A stretch of DNA of 64,000 nucleotides from contig CAWCKW010000013.1 of assembly GCA_963796285.1 (NCBI GenBank), positions 512,001 through 576,000 of the forward strand, given 5' to 3'. The notes beneath the pieces are model-generated. The model searched no databases and was not told where the DNA came from. It worked only from the letters and a program-made list of their open reading frames with translations. Below, in pieces: positions 9,835 through 21,388 of this stretch (its first letter is position 1; each line of letters begins with the position of its first letter). The translations under genes were made by a program, and so were the position numbers. Source of the DNA: Nitrospirota bacterium. GTDB lineage: Bacteria; Nitrospirota; UBA9217.

Positions 9835-11970
9835 TTATATTTTGAACTTCGTAATTTCCTTGCTGAGCAATTCAGACTGCCCGACCATAAAGTCCATGGC
9901 CACATTCAGTCCTGACGCCAGGTCCGCGTTCGCTCGTGCGCTTTCCTTAATGCGCTCAGTCGACTTTACGATCAGGTCGCTCCCGGTCTGAACTTCTCCG
10001 GCTGCCCTGTTCACCACGCCGATCTTTGCGTTTATTTCCTCGACCGCGGCGGAAATGTCCTTGCTTCCCCTTGCCTGTTCGTCCGTTGAGGTCCTGATGA
10101 AGCGCGTGAGCTCGCGCATCTTTTCCGATGCCTGCGTGATCTGCTCGCTGCCGAGCTTCTGTTCATTCACGGCCCGGACTATCTGGTGCGTCATCTCATT
10201 GATCTTATCGACGGCATCGCTCACCTGCCTGACGCCGCGGGCCTGCTCTGTCGCTGCCTTGTTGATGCCCCTGCTCATGTCCCGTGATTTATCAGCTCGT
10301 TCGACGATTTTACTGAGCGCATCGCCGGCATTACGGGCAAGCTGCACCCCTTCCTCCACCATGGTGACCTCTTCCCGCATGACCCCGACCGCTTCGCGCG
10401 ACTCCTCCTGCACCGAGGCGATCAGCTTGCCGATCTCCTGCGTCGAGGCGGCCGTGCGGTTCGCAAGTTCGCGGATCTCGGCCGCAACCACCGCGAAGCC
10501 CCTGCCGTGCTCGCCGGCCTGCGCCGCAAGGATGGCCGCGTTCAGCGCGAGCAGCCCGGTCTGGTCCGTAATGTCCTCAATGACCGTCAGGATGCTGCCG
10601 ATATTCTCCGCACGTTCCCCCAGACGGTTCACCACCTCCGCGGTTCGGCGCGCCGTGGAATCGATTCGGTTCATGCCCTCTATGGTCTTCTCGATGGCGC
10701 GCACCCCGAGCTGCTGGGCATCCGTAGCAACAGCTTCTGCCAGCGCTGCGGACTCCTGCGCATTGGACTCCACCTCTTTGACGGACGCGCTGATCTCGGT
10801 GGCCGAGGCCGCCGTGTCTTCCGCGGCCGATGAAAGCACCTCAACGTTCTCCGCGATCTGGCGGACGGCGGCGGACAGCTGAACGATAGCGGTGGACGTG
10901 TCTTCAATGGCAGTGGACAGTTGCACGATGGTTTTCGCAACCTCGCTGCTCGATGCGGCCATCTCGATCACTGCTGAGGAGGTCGTCTCCGAGGTTGAGT
11001 ACAGGTTTTCCACATTGCCGGCGATCTCCTTGAGCGCAAAGTGCATTTCATTCACCGACGATGCGGCCTCTTCCACGGCCTCCGCCTGCTCCTTGCTCCC
11101 CGCGGTGATCTCCTGGGAGGTCCCCTTCACCTCTTGCCATATCGACTCCGTTTTGTGGGCGGCACTCTGCACGTTCTCGATCATGCCCTTGAGTCCGATT
11201 GACATCCGGTTCAAGCCCCTGCCGATGCTCCCGAGCTCGTCACTTGACCGCACTTTCACCCGCTGAGACAAATCCCCCGTCGCGATATTTGATACCGCAT
11301 CCACGATTTCCGTCGTGGAAACTACGATCATCTTGCGCACGACAAGATAAATTGTCAGGGCAAGCCCGGCGATGATGAACACGCCGACCCCCAACAGCAT
11401 GCGAAGGAGCGGCAAAGCATTCTGCCGGAACCCGGACCGTGAGAACCCGATCGCTACGGTGCCTATCCGGGTGCCCCCGAGCTGTATATCGGAGATGATC
11501 TCAATGAGGCCCAGTCGCTCCTTGACTTTTGCAGCGAGCGTTTCAACATTCGTTGTTTTTTCCTGCGCGAGGAGGTCATTCAGTCCGGCATGCGACCGAT
11601 TGAAGATGACAGAGGCGTTGTTCTGGACCACGTTCGATGCATTGGTCACATACGCGTAGAGCACATCCTGGGATTTTATCGCCTGCGCAACGAAACCGTC
11701 GAGGGCGTCCCTGTCCTGGTGGAGAAGAGGTTCGGTGACGGCCTTGCCGAGCAACTGTCCCATGTCCCGGCCGCGCGTTTCGAGTGCCCGGTCCTCCCCC
11801 CTCATCAGCATGAAAATGATCAGGAACGTGCCTATCGACATGAACACGCAGATAGCGGCTGTCACCGCCAACATGAACTTAATCGCCATGCTGGCGTCGA
11901 TACGGTCCTTCAGTATCTTTCCCTTCCCTTCCTGAAAAAACCTCTTTATCATACTGAACATAGCCATCAC
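9835..11970 (-). CDS. Methyl-accepting chemotaxis protein (2 TM, HAMP, long signalling domain)
   Basis: Two hydrophobic segments, HAMP DELGSIG, hairpin tip [24 protein letters not shown]. Confidence 0.92.
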   Translation of the reverse strand: MMAMFSMIKRFFQEGKGKILKDRIDASMAIKFMLAVTAAICVFMSIGTFLIIFMLMRGEDRALETRGRDMGQLLGKAVTEPLLHQDRDALDGFVAQAIKSQDVLYAYVTNASNVVQNNASVIFNRSHAGLNDLLAQEKTTNVETLAAKVKERLGLIEIISDIQLGGTRIGTVAIGFSRSGFRQNALPLLRMLLGVGVFIIAGLALTIYLVVRKMIVVSTTEIVDAVSNIATGDLSQRVKVRSSDELGSIGRGLNRMSIGLKGMIENVQSAAHKTESIWQEVKGTSQEITAGSKEQAEAVEEAASSVNEMHFALKEIAGNVENLYSTSETTSSAVIEMAASSSEVAKTIVQLSTAIEDTSTAIVQLSAAVRQIAENVEVLSSAAEDTAASATEISASVKEVESNAQESAALAEAVATDAQQLGVRAIEKTIEGMNRIDSTARRTAEVVNRLGERAENIGSILTVIEDITDQTGLLALNAAILAAQAGEHGRGFAVVAAEIRELANRTAASTQEIGKLIASVQEESREAVGVMREEVTMVEEGVQLARNAGDALSKIVERADKSRDMSRGINKAATEQARGVRQVSDAVDKINEMTHQIVRAVNEQKLGSEQITQASEKMRELTRFIRTSTDEQARGSKDISAAVEEINAKIGVVNRAAGEVQTGSDLIVKSTERIKESARANADLASGLNVAMDFMVGQSELLSKEITKFKI

Positions 11971-11999
11971 CTCGCTCTCGATATACCGGGGCTGTCCTG

Positions 12000-14795
12000 T
12001 TAATCGGTTGTACCCATTGACTCCATCTGCTCCATGATCTTCCTGATACCGTCGTAGTCCTTGTCCGCAGCTGCAACAAAACCCGTGTACTCTTTATCGA
12101 TTGCGGTAAGGAGCCGGGCATGGAACTTGTCTTTCTGATCAAGCGAAATTAACGCCTTTTTGATCAGCCCACTCGTCCGTTGGTCCAGCCGCCGGGAAGC
12201 GCAGATATTGAATTCCGGAATATCGATCGAGGCCTTGATCACCACCAGACCCTGGTCCTGAAAAGCCCTGGCAGTCGGCTCGCGAAGCCCCCCGGCATCA
12301 TACTCTCCGGCAATCACTGCTTTCGCAACATCGTCGTGATGACCGAGGAAGATGTATTCCTTGAGATCATCGAGACCGAGCCCCGCCTCGGCAAGCATTG
12401 CGCGGGGCAACAGATAGCTCGAGGTGGACATCCGGTCCCCGAACGCGAACCGTTTGCCCCTCATATCCTCGAGCCGTACGATCCCCCCGCCCGTCTTCGC
12501 GACTATGGCTGACCGTGTGTAAGGCACTCCGTTACGCAATGCCTTGACAAGGAGTTCAGCGCCGAACTTCTTCTGCGCCTCAATGTACGTGGTGGGGGTG
12601 AGATACGCCAGGTCCGTTACCCCTTCTTCAAGGTCTTTCAGCGTTTGAACGAAGTCGATGGCAACGGAAAGCTCCACGCGCCTCCCGATTACCTGCGTAA
12701 GATACTCGCTTAACGGCGTAAAACGGCGGTACATTTCGCCCGGCGCATCGAGCGGGATCACACCCATTTTCAGGGTGCCGGTCGTGCTGTCACGGTGGCC
12801 CCGCCTCACCTTCATCGTACTGATCTCCTGGTTGAGCAGTTCCGCCTGCTCGCCCAGGGTCTTGAGCGCGCCGGCCATGCCATCGACGCGTTTTATGTTC
12901 TTGCGGGGGAAATCCTGGATCCGTTCCATGGATTCCTGTATCTGACCGATCACCTGCCGCTGCTCACGGGTACCCTCCGCGATCGTGCCGGCACGCATGG
13001 TCACGTTGTCGGCCGCCATCGCGATCTGCTTTCCACCACGTCCCTGCTCGGTCATGGAGGCCCGCACCTGGTGCGCGATATTTCGCATTCCCTCGGCAGC
13101 GCTCAGGATCTTCTCCGTGCCCATGGTCTGGGCCTGGGTCGCTCCGGCTATCTGCAGCATCATCTGCTTGACGTTCATGATGGCCTCGCTCACCTGTTTG
13201 ATGCCCCGGGCCTGCTCGGTCATGGCCCGTTCGATCATGGTGGCCATCTCCGCCGAGCGGCTCGAGCTCGCCAGGATCTTGTCGAGCGCCGCGCCGGCCT
13301 CGGTTGAACGCCGCACACCTTCCTCCACCGCCGTGAGACTGCCCGACATGGCGGACACAGCCTCTTTGGCCTCCCGCTGCACCGAGGCGATCAATTTTCC
13401 GATGTCCTGCGCAGAGCCGGCGGTGCGTTCGGCCAGGGCCTTGATTTCCTCGGCCACCACGGCAAACCCCTTGCCGTGCTCGCCTGCCTGGGCTGCAAGG
13501 ATGGACGCGTTCAACGCCAGCAGGTTCGTACGCTCCGTCACCTCGACGATCACGCCGAGGATCTTGCCGATCTCTTCCGAGCGCTTCCCGAGCCGCATGA
13601 CCGTATCGGAATATTCCCCGACCGTGATCTTGATCGTATCAATGGCGGTCATGGTTTCCCGGATGGATTTCACGCCGATGTCCTGTGCTTCCCGGTACAC
13701 CTGCTGTGACAATCCCGTCGATTCCTTGGCCGCCCGTTCGACCTCCCGCACCGTTGCCTCGATCTGGATCGCCGAAGCCGAGGTTTCCTCGGCCGCAGAG
13801 GAGAGGTTCTCGACATGGCCGGCCACCTCGCGGATCGATGCAATCATCTCGGTGACTGAAGACGTAACGTCATCGACCGACGTGGTGAGTTCGTCGGTAT
13901 GGCGTGCAACCTCCTGATTCGAGGCGTTCATCTCGAGAATAGCTGACGACGTTTCCTCAGCAGAAGCCGACAGGCTTTCAGCGCTCTCGGCAATGGACTG
14001 AATGGATGAGGAGATCGCCGTGACCGACGAGGAAACGAGCTGGATGGTCCCGGCCTCGACCTCTGCGTTCTTTTTGACCTCCCGCGTGTCCGACACGATC
14101 GTCGGGCTCAATTCGCTGATCCGCGAGGAAATGGCGCCTGTATCGACGATGAACTGCTCAAGGCGCGCGATCAGGTAGTTCACACCGTTCGCCAGGTCTC
14201 CGATCTCATCACGTCCCTGTGCCTCCACGCGCCGGGTAAAATCCTTTCCATCGATCGCCTCTTTGAGCGTGCTGCCGAACTCCTTGACCGGCGTTGTGAT
14301 GGTTCGGGTCACGGAGATGAACAGGATCGCCGCCAACGTAATGAAGATAACGATGTCTTCGAGGAGCAGGGTCAGGACACACTCTCCAAGCCGGCTTTTC
14401 AGATCAGCCGGATACACCGCAATGCGGATCTCGCCGAGCTTTGTGGTGCCCGAGAGGATAGGCTGCGGCCCCACGGCGATGCGGTCCTTTACCAAGACCG
14501 GTCTGGCGATGCGGATGAGCTCCCGCCCCTCACCATCAACAATGGTCATTTCCTGGGCATCGGACGTTTGCATGAAATTGTTGGCCATGGAGTGGAGACT
14601 GGTGAGATCCGACGTCAGCAGATAGGGTGCAGCAAGCTTGGCCATAAGCTTGCCGGACTGCTCCCCTTGAATGCGGATAGCGGCAATAACGTTCCGCTTC
14701 TCCGTAACATACCGGTACGTCCCGATCAGTCCCATTGTCACCAAGAGACCGGTGAAAACCAGGAGAATAAGTCTCTGTCTTACGCCACTAACCAC
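12000..14795 (-). CDS. MCP with C-terminal phosphate/phosphonate-binding (PhnD-like) domain
   Basis: 2 TM + HAMP + MCP tip ([11 protein letters not shown]), then about 255 aa with [50 protein letters not shown]. Confidence 0.88.
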   Translation of the reverse strand: MVSGVRQRLILLVFTGLLVTMGLIGTYRYVTEKRNVIAAIRIQGEQSGKLMAKLAAPYLLTSDLTSLHSMANNFMQTSDAQEMTIVDGEGRELIRIARPVLVKDRIAVGPQPILSGTTKLGEIRIAVYPADLKSRLGECVLTLLLEDIVIFITLAAILFISVTRTITTPVKEFGSTLKEAIDGKDFTRRVEAQGRDEIGDLANGVNYLIARLEQFIVDTGAISSRISELSPTIVSDTREVKKNAEVEAGTIQLVSSSVTAISSSIQSIAESAESLSASAEETSSAILEMNASNQEVARHTDELTTSVDDVTSSVTEMIASIREVAGHVENLSSAAEETSASAIQIEATVREVERAAKESTGLSQQVYREAQDIGVKSIRETMTAIDTIKITVGEYSDTVMRLGKRSEEIGKILGVIVEVTERTNLLALNASILAAQAGEHGKGFAVVAEEIKALAERTAGSAQDIGKLIASVQREAKEAVSAMSGSLTAVEEGVRRSTEAGAALDKILASSSRSAEMATMIERAMTEQARGIKQVSEAIMNVKQMMLQIAGATQAQTMGTEKILSAAEGMRNIAHQVRASMTEQGRGGKQIAMAADNVTMRAGTIAEGTREQRQVIGQIQESMERIQDFPRKNIKRVDGMAGALKTLGEQAELLNQEISTMKVRRGHRDSTTGTLKMGVIPLDAPGEMYRRFTPLSEYLTQVIGRRVELSVAIDFVQTLKDLEEGVTDLAYLTPTTYIEAQKKFGAELLVKALRNGVPYTRSAIVAKTGGGIVRLEDMRGKRFAFGDRMSTSSYLLPRAMLAEAGLGLDDLKEYIFLGHHDDVAKAVIAGEYDAGGLREPTARAFQDQGLVVIKASIDIPEFNICASRRLDQRTSGLIKKALISLDQKDKFHARLLTAIDKEYTGFVAAADKDYDGIRKIMEQMESMGTTD

Positions 14796-14905
14796 GCACC
14801 CTCCTGATAAAACAGAAGCCGGTAGACCACCTATCGGAAATCAGACTGAATCAAAATCTTAGTCTATTTTCCAATGATCCTTCTTCTGTCCCCCGACCTC
14901 CGATA

Positions 14906-17023
14906 TTAGAACTTGAAGCCTTTCAGCTCCTCCTGAAGCGCGTCTGCTTTTGACTTGAGCGCCTGCAACGCCATATCCAATTCGACCGATACGTCGACCG
15001 TATCCTGAGTGATCTTTTGAATGCGCGTGATGGCCTCGCTCATCTGCTGCATGCCAAGGCTCTGCTCCTGCGTAGAGCGGGCCGTCTGGGCTGCCTGCAC
15101 GGTGACCGCCTCGACAGCATTAGCGATCTGCCGGCTGCCCGTGGTCTGCTCCTGGGTCGCGGCCCTCACCTGCCGGGTAATGTCACGCATCCGTTCCGCC
15201 GCCTGTGCGATCCGTTCGCTCCCCTGGCGTTGTTCCTGCAATGCGCCGGCGATCTGCTCAAGCTGGCCCGCAATGCTGATTGAGGTATCGGTGATCTGCG
15301 CTACGGCCTTTGCCTGCTCCGCTGTCGTCTTTTCGATGGCCCGTGCCATGTCTGCGGATTGCCGCGAACTGTTTGCTACCTGTTCGAGCACCTCACTGGT
15401 CACGTTCACCAGCGCGACACCGCTCTCGACAGCCTTGAGCCCCCTGCCCATGGCCTGCACGCTCTCGGCGGTCTCCTCCTGCACCGACTTGATGAGGCCG
15501 GCGATCTCCTGGGTGGACGCGGCAGTTCGCTCCGCGAGGTCTTTGATCTCCTCGGCAACGACCGCAAAGCCCTTGCCGTGCTCGCCGGCCTGTGCCGCGA
15601 GAATGGCGGCGTTCAGGGCGAGCAGGCTGGTCTGGTCCGTCACTTCATCGATGACCTTCAATATCTGCCCAATCTCGTGTGACCGCTTTCCGAGACGGTT
15701 CACCACCGTAGCGGTGGCTTCGACGGTTTCCTTGATGTTCTGCATTCCCCTGATCGCTTCCGTAGCCGCGGACTTCCCGCGCTCAGAGGCATCAAGGGAA
15801 ACCTTTTCCGCCAGGCGGGCCGATTCGACGGCGCGCTGCTCGACCTCCTTCACCGAAGAGCTCATCTCGGTGATGGACGATGAGGTCTGCTCTGCTGATG
15901 CGGAAAGCGTGTCGGTATTCTCCGACACCTGTTTGATCGACGCGATCATCTCCTCGATTGATAAGGCCGTATCCTCAACGGCCGCTGCGAGCACGCCCGA
16001 ATTTCTGGACACCTCTTCGATCGATGATGCCATTTCGGACGCCGAAGACGAGGCGTCGACGGCCACCCGGGACATATCGCCGGCGTTGTCAGCAACGCCG
16101 CGGATCGAAGCAACCATTTCATTCACGACCATCGCCGTTTGTTCTGTGGCCTCCTGCTGGACGCGCGATCCCTTGCTCATTTTGGCCGTGGCGCCGCTTA
16201 TCATCACTATTGCCTCGCCCAGGTCTCCCCCGGTTGCCCCGAGCTTGTGCAGCATTTCCCTGAGGTTGGACGACATCGTATTAATGGCGCCGCCCAGATC
16301 GGCAATTTCATCCCGTCCCGTAACGTTAACGGAGATCTCCTGCGACAGGTCTCCTGCCGCCATCTGGCTGGCGATTGTCGACATTTCCGAGATGGGCCGC
16401 AGCGTGACTTTCAATATGTAACGGACAGCGGATAAAAGCGTCAATATTCCTGCAAGACCCAAAAGGACAAATATCCATTGTATTTTTTTGATTCTTGAAT
16501 AAGACTCGCTGAGGGGCACTGTTATATCCACAGCTCCAAGGACCGTCCCTTCGGGCACATTGTGACAGCTCAGGCAGTTTCTCCCCATAACATCTCGCTT
16601 GGCAATATAGGGGAAAACCCCTCTAATGTTTTCACCTTCAAAGACTATCTTTTGTGCCCCTTTGTCGAGGACTTCCGATTGTATGTCATCTTTTGCATAG
16701 CTTTTTTCAACCGAGTTATATTGTTCGTTTAATTTATCTGACCTGATTACTTTCAAATCGATAATGTTCTTCATCTGATCGATGAATAATTTATTTGAAT
16801 TTTTAATATCATTACTCATCATCATCGTTGTAAGCGAATTCAGAACAATATCTCTCGTTATTTCCAACGTCGATTTCTCTACTTCTTGATTAACAATTAA
16901 TTTCATAGTATAGCCAGTCACAAATACTGAAATAGTAATGCCAATAAATACAACTATAACAATGAGGGTTCCAATTTTCGAAGATAACGACATATTGCTA
17001 TTCGTAATTTTTTTCATTAGCAT
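14906..17023 (-). CDS. MCP with periplasmic c-type heme sensor domain
   Basis: CLSCH (CxxCH) at 16562-16576 between two TM segments, HAMP, MCP tip [11 protein letters not shown]. Start placed at MLMKK. Confidence 0.88.
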   Translation of the reverse strand: MLMKKITNSNMSLSSKIGTLIVIVVFIGITISVFVTGYTMKLIVNQEVEKSTLEITRDIVLNSLTTMMMSNDIKNSNKLFIDQMKNIIDLKVIRSDKLNEQYNSVEKSYAKDDIQSEVLDKGAQKIVFEGENIRGVFPYIAKRDVMGRNCLSCHNVPEGTVLGAVDITVPLSESYSRIKKIQWIFVLLGLAGILTLLSAVRYILKVTLRPISEMSTIASQMAAGDLSQEISVNVTGRDEIADLGGAINTMSSNLREMLHKLGATGGDLGEAIVMISGATAKMSKGSRVQQEATEQTAMVVNEMVASIRGVADNAGDMSRVAVDASSSASEMASSIEEVSRNSGVLAAAVEDTALSIEEMIASIKQVSENTDTLSASAEQTSSSITEMSSSVKEVEQRAVESARLAEKVSLDASERGKSAATEAIRGMQNIKETVEATATVVNRLGKRSHEIGQILKVIDEVTDQTSLLALNAAILAAQAGEHGKGFAVVAEEIKDLAERTAASTQEIAGLIKSVQEETAESVQAMGRGLKAVESGVALVNVTSEVLEQVANSSRQSADMARAIEKTTAEQAKAVAQITDTSISIAGQLEQIAGALQEQRQGSERIAQAAERMRDITRQVRAATQEQTTGSRQIANAVEAVTVQAAQTARSTQEQSLGMQQMSEAITRIQKITQDTVDVSVELDMALQALKSKADALQEELKGFKF

Positions 17024-17176
17024 GGTTTTTCCCCTCACTTTATAAGTTATAGCAAGTGTGCAATTTGAGATGCGGTGACCGCAAATCACTCTACTGAATA
17101 TTTAATGGTAAGTTTGCCTGCTGTTTCGCCCAGTTCTATTGCGTGAACACACGAGAGCATCTTTCCCCACGTCCGT

Positions 17177-17848
17177 TTACATGACGGCCGCCTTATGCAG
17201 GTCCAGCACGATGTGTAACTTGTCTCCCTGCCGTACAATGCCGCGAAGAAAGTCAGCTCCTTGTTCGACATGTTCCGGCGCGGGCTTGATAGATTCAGGC
17301 AGTGCCCTGATGACACCGTTCACCCGGTCCACGATGAGTCCGACATCTTCATCTTCCGTACTGATGACGATAATGCGCGCCTTTTCGTTCCGTTCCATTG
17401 GCTTAAGACCGAGCCGGGTACAGAGGTCGATCACAGGCAGCATCGTTCCCCTGAGCGACGTTACTCCCTGTATATATTCAGGTGCATTCGGCACTCGTGT
17501 GAGCTCTGGGATTTTGAGCACCTCCCGAACGTCCGCTACCATGACGGCATACTCCTCGCCGCTCAACCGGAATGAAAGCATCTCGATCTCCCGCTGCTGC
17601 GTTGCTTTCGAAGCGCCAATAGACGCATCAGGAATTGTTACGGTGGTGTCAGGGGCAGGTACAACGGCAGAGGCTACGCTCTCCGCGGCCGGAGACTCGA
17701 TGATCTCGGCAGGACGGGACGCTGCAGGGGCCGGCGGTGCTTCTTGTTCATGCCCCGGCTGTTCAGCCGGCGCTGTTGCTTCCGGTTCCGGTTTGTTCCG
17801 GGCACTCGCCTGTTCCGCTGCTTTCTTTCGCGCTGCAAGAATGTCCAT
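17177..17848 (-). CDS. cheW: CheW with Pro/Ala-rich N-terminal extension
   Basis: GVTSLRGTMLPVIDL, GLIVDRV. Confidence 0.88.
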   Translation of the reverse strand: MDILAARKKAAEQASARNKPEPEATAPAEQPGHEQEAPPAPAASRPAEIIESPAAESVASAVVPAPDTTVTIPDASIGASKATQQREIEMLSFRLSGEEYAVMVADVREVLKIPELTRVPNAPEYIQGVTSLRGTMLPVIDLCTRLGLKPMERNEKARIIVISTEDEDVGLIVDRVNGVIRALPESIKPAPEHVEQGADFLRGIVRQGDKLHIVLDLHKAAVM

Positions 17849-17962
17849 GTCTCTATCGCTCCGTATGATAATTACAAGGGACGTCGGATGTCAGCTCGCT
17901 TCGGTTGCATGGACGAGGGCGAAACTTCATTCCTAGACGCTTCCCTCGTACTTCATTCCTCA

Positions 17963-18760
17963 CTATTGCCGATCCTTCACTACGCTCTCGATGATTTCCG
18001 GTCCGATGATCTCTGCCGACCTTCCGAAACCCTCGATGAGCGCGTTTCCTGCGATGGTATTGATGCGGCGGGGAATGCCCTCTGAGTATTCGAACAGGAG
18101 CGCGAGCGCCTGATCATCAAACAGCGGCTCTGACCTGCCGGCAATCCCGAGCCGGTGCTGAACATATGCCTTGACCTCTTCCGCGGTGAGCGGGCCCAGA
18201 TGATACTGCATCCCGATGCGCTGGCGGAGCGCCCGGTACGGCTTTTTATCGAGCCGCTCCCGAAGCTCGGTCTGGCCAATCAGCACCAGCGACAGGAGAT
18301 TTCGATCGTCGAGCTGAAAGTTTGTCAAGAGCCGCAGCTCCTCGAAGGTCGCCTTACCCGGGATGAGCTGCGCCTCATCGATAATGATCACCGGCCGTCT
18401 GCCCGCCTCGTAGAGCTCATAGAGCCTTGCATTGAGCCCCTCGAGGATGTCTTGTCGGTAGCGGCTCACATCTTCCATGCCAAGGCGCAGCGCGACGGTG
18501 CGCAGGAGCTGCGACGGAGTAAGACGTGGGTTGATGATGAGCAGCGGGTGATAGCTCTCCTCCAGCGAATCAATGAATGCACGGGAGAGCGTGGTTTTGC
18601 CCGATCCGATCTCGCCGGTAAGCAGGACGATGTCCTGTTCCTCCACAGAAAGCAGAAGCCGAGCAAGGGCCTCCGCGTGCTTCGGGCTGTGGTACAGAAA
18701 CCGCGGGTCAGGTGTTTTGTTAAAAGGCTTTTCCCTCAGTCGGTAAAATTCTTTGTACAT
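17963..18760 (-). CDS. ExeA/GspA-like AAA+ ATPase (stand-alone)
   Basis: MYKEFYRLREKPF..TPDPRF, GEIGSGKTT, IIIDEAQ, LIGQTEL, GIPRRIN. Confidence 0.88.
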   Translation of the reverse strand: MYKEFYRLREKPFNKTPDPRFLYHSPKHAEALARLLLSVEEQDIVLLTGEIGSGKTTLSRAFIDSLEESYHPLLIINPRLTPSQLLRTVALRLGMEDVSRYRQDILEGLNARLYELYEAGRRPVIIIDEAQLIPGKATFEELRLLTNFQLDDRNLLSLVLIGQTELRERLDKKPYRALRQRIGMQYHLGPLTAEEVKAYVQHRLGIAGRSEPLFDDQALALLFEYSEGIPRRINTIAGNALIEGFGRSAEIIGPEIIESVVKDRQ

Positions 18761-18861
18761 AATCCTTCAAAAGACTGCGTCTCATGACAGTGCGCCAAAT
18801 AGCTTTTATTATTCCGGTCCGGCTACTGATAGCCAATCTTCCGTTTTCTCCCGACCCCTGC

Positions 18862-20874
18862 CTACTGTTTACTGACCGCTGTTTTCCTGAGCGCCCCATC
18901 GACGAGCGATTCCACATCGAGTACAAGCACGACGCCTTGCCGGTCTCCCAGTTCGGTGGCCCCGGCAATCCCCGGCGTCTCTGAGAACCTCTTCCCGAGC
19001 GACTTGATAACGATCTCCTGCTGGTCCTTGAGACGATCGACCATAATGCCAAGTCTCCGTTCGGCAATGCCCACAAGAATGACATAGAAAGCATCGCTCC
19101 CGTGGTCTGTGGAGAGGTTGAATGCCCGGGTAAGACGGAGGAGCGGAACCGTGTCTTCGCGTACAGCCATCACCTCGCGCCCCTCGATGGTCTCCACCCG
19201 GCTGTTGCTTACCTGCAGGATCTCGAGCACCGAACTGAGCGGGATGGCGAAAACCTGTCCGCCCGATTCGATGATGAGCGCCTTGATGATGGCGAGCGTT
19301 ATGGGAAGCGTCAGGGCAAAGGTGCTGCCCTCTCCAAGCTCTGAATGGATATCGATCATGCCCGAGAGCTTCGAGACGTTCCGCTTCACAACATCCATGC
19401 CCACTCCGCGGCCGGACATCTCGGTCACCGCTTCGCGGGTGGTGAACCCGGCGGAAAAAATAAGGTCGAGTATCTCCTTGCGGTCGTGCTCGGGATCAAG
19501 TCCATGGTCCGGGGAGATCAATCCTTTTTTAACGGCGGTGTTCAATATCCGCACTGGATCCATCCCCGCCCCGTCATCCTCGATCGTGACAACAACATGG
19601 TTACCCCGGGGAAACGCGGTCAGCTTCACGACCCCCTGTTCCGGCTTCCCGAGCTGTCTCCGGAGGTCCGGGGCCTCGATGCCGTGATCGATTGCGTTCC
19701 GGATGAGGTGCAGAAGCGGGTCCGCAAGGTCTTCGATCATGATCTTGTCAAGCTCCGTTTCCTCGCCCTGAAGCTGCAGGTCTATCTCTTTCCCCGCATC
19801 CCGCGCATACTTATTGACCACCTGTGCCAGGCGCGTGAAGATCTGGCCGATAGGGACCATTCTGACCTCGAGGATGCCCTCCTGGAGCTCGTTCAGCTTC
19901 CGCTCAAGACTGTGCTGCGCCTTGTACAGTTCCGCGGAAAGGCCGGCAAAGCCCTGCATGGCGCGGAGTTCCTTCGTGATCCGGCCGATGATGTTCTTGA
20001 CCAGATGCATCTCTCCCACGACGTTCATCAGGCTGTCGAGCTTGTAGATGTCGACCCGCACGGTGTTGCTCACGGATTTGATCCCGGTCGCGTCTGCCCT
20101 CGGCTCCTCGGTCCTTCGCTCCTCGGTCCTTCGCTCTTCGACATAGGCAATTTTCTCAATAGCCACATTCGGCATGGAAATGGCTGATGCTAGCGATCTC
20201 TCATCCTTGTTCGTACCGACAACGATGCTGAAACCGATCCCGCTCCCCCCGCCCGCCGTCGGCAGCGTACAGATGATTTCGCCGTGTTTCTTCAGGGTGT
20301 CATTGAGCTCCTTGATGGCCGTCTCAAATTCGGAGAACTCGAATTGGGCCTTGAGCATGAACAGGTTTTTCCGTTCCTTGATGCACTCTTTGAGCCGATG
20401 CTCTTCATACTCAGTGAGGACCTGCAAAACACCGCGGTCGAGGCCGATCTGCTCGTTGATCGGCCGATCGGAACCGGCGGACGGCTTTGCGTGAAGTATG
20501 CCGTCAATGCCGGCCAGGGCGGTCGCAATGTCCTCGAAGGGATGGTCGGTCGCTGCCTGCTGCACCTGCCTGCCGAGCAGTGCCACGGTCTCAAGCACAA
20601 CATCAAGCGCCTTCCGGTTGAGGCCCACCTTGCCAAGCCGGAGTTCGTCGAGGAGAAATTCCAGTTTGTGCGAAAGCTCCGACGGTTCCTTGAGCCCGAA
20701 CATGCCCGCGAGACCCTTGAAGGAATGGATCGCGCGGAACAAGGCATTCACCTGATCAGGGTCGATGCGGCCTGATGCCTGCCCGCTCTCGAGCGACAGC
20801 AGCGTTTTGTTTGCAGACTCCAGGATGTCCTCTGCCTCGGCGAGAAAATCTTTTATGGGACGGTCTGTTTTCAT
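18862..20874 (-). CDS. cheA: Chemotaxis histidine kinase
   Basis: Hpt LFRAIHSFKG, VRVD dimerisation domain, HLIRNAIDHG, SGRGVGMDVV, C-terminal CheW. Start placed at MKTDR. Confidence 0.95.
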   Translation of the reverse strand: MKTDRPIKDFLAEAEDILESANKTLLSLESGQASGRIDPDQVNALFRAIHSFKGLAGMFGLKEPSELSHKLEFLLDELRLGKVGLNRKALDVVLETVALLGRQVQQAATDHPFEDIATALAGIDGILHAKPSAGSDRPINEQIGLDRGVLQVLTEYEEHRLKECIKERKNLFMLKAQFEFSEFETAIKELNDTLKKHGEIICTLPTAGGGSGIGFSIVVGTNKDERSLASAISMPNVAIEKIAYVEERRTEERRTEEPRADATGIKSVSNTVRVDIYKLDSLMNVVGEMHLVKNIIGRITKELRAMQGFAGLSAELYKAQHSLERKLNELQEGILEVRMVPIGQIFTRLAQVVNKYARDAGKEIDLQLQGEETELDKIMIEDLADPLLHLIRNAIDHGIEAPDLRRQLGKPEQGVVKLTAFPRGNHVVVTIEDDGAGMDPVRILNTAVKKGLISPDHGLDPEHDRKEILDLIFSAGFTTREAVTEMSGRGVGMDVVKRNVSKLSGMIDIHSELGEGSTFALTLPITLAIIKALIIESGGQVFAIPLSSVLEILQVSNSRVETIEGREVMAVREDTVPLLRLTRAFNLSTDHGSDAFYVILVGIAERRLGIMVDRLKDQQEIVIKSLGKRFSETPGIAGATELGDRQGVVLVLDVESLVDGALRKTAVSKQ

Positions 20875-20885
20875 GTCGCTGCGCT

Positions 20886-21002
20886 CCATTGAAAATTGGA
20901 AATTGGGAAATGCAAATTGAACATTAATAAACAGCAGCAATCCAGACGGATTTTCAACTTATCTTTTCGCAATCTTCAATTTCCAATTTTCAATTTCCAA
21001 TT
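20886..21002. repeat. Inverted heptamer-array element (GAAAATT / AATTTCC)
   Basis: TTGAAAATTGGAAATTGGGAAATGCAAATTGAA ... TTCAATTTCCAATTTTCAATTTCCAA. Confidence 0.7.
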
Positions 21003-21388
21003 CAGCGCGTATTACGCGCCGCTGCCTCAAGCACCTTCGTGACCATGGCCATGAGCTCTTCTTTCTTGAACGGCTTTTCCACATAGCCCTGAGCGCCCAA
21101 AGCGATCCCGCGCTTCTTATCCTCTTCGCTTTTTTCCGTGCTCACAATGACAAGCGGAATATCTTTGTAGGCCGGATTGGACTTCACGTAGCCGATGAGC
21201 TCCAGACCGTTTATATCGGGCATGTTGATGTCGGTGATGATGAGGTCGAAGGGCCGCGTGGGGAGCGTCTTGAGCGCCTCAAAGCCGTTGCCGGCCTCCA
21301 CCGCGAAAAAACCGCCCGTTTCCTCGAGCGAAACCCGGATCATCGTACGGATGGCCTTGGAATCCTCGACAATAAGAACATTTTTCAT
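21002..21388 (-). CDS. cheY: CheY-like response regulator
   Basis: IVEDS, TDINMP, KPF. Confidence 0.85.
   Translation of the reverse strand: MKNVLIVEDSKAIRTMIRVSLEETGGFFAVEAGNGFEALKTLPTRPFDLIITDINMPDINGLELIGYVKSNPAYKDIPLVIVSTEKSEEDKKRGIALGAQGYVEKPFKKEELMAMVTKVLEAAARNTR

Noticed and set aside
17963-18760. Transposon TniB/IstB helper ATPase indicating a mobile element
   Set aside because: The N-terminal MY..F..L...PF..TPDP signature is ExeA-like, and there is no transposase or terminal repeat
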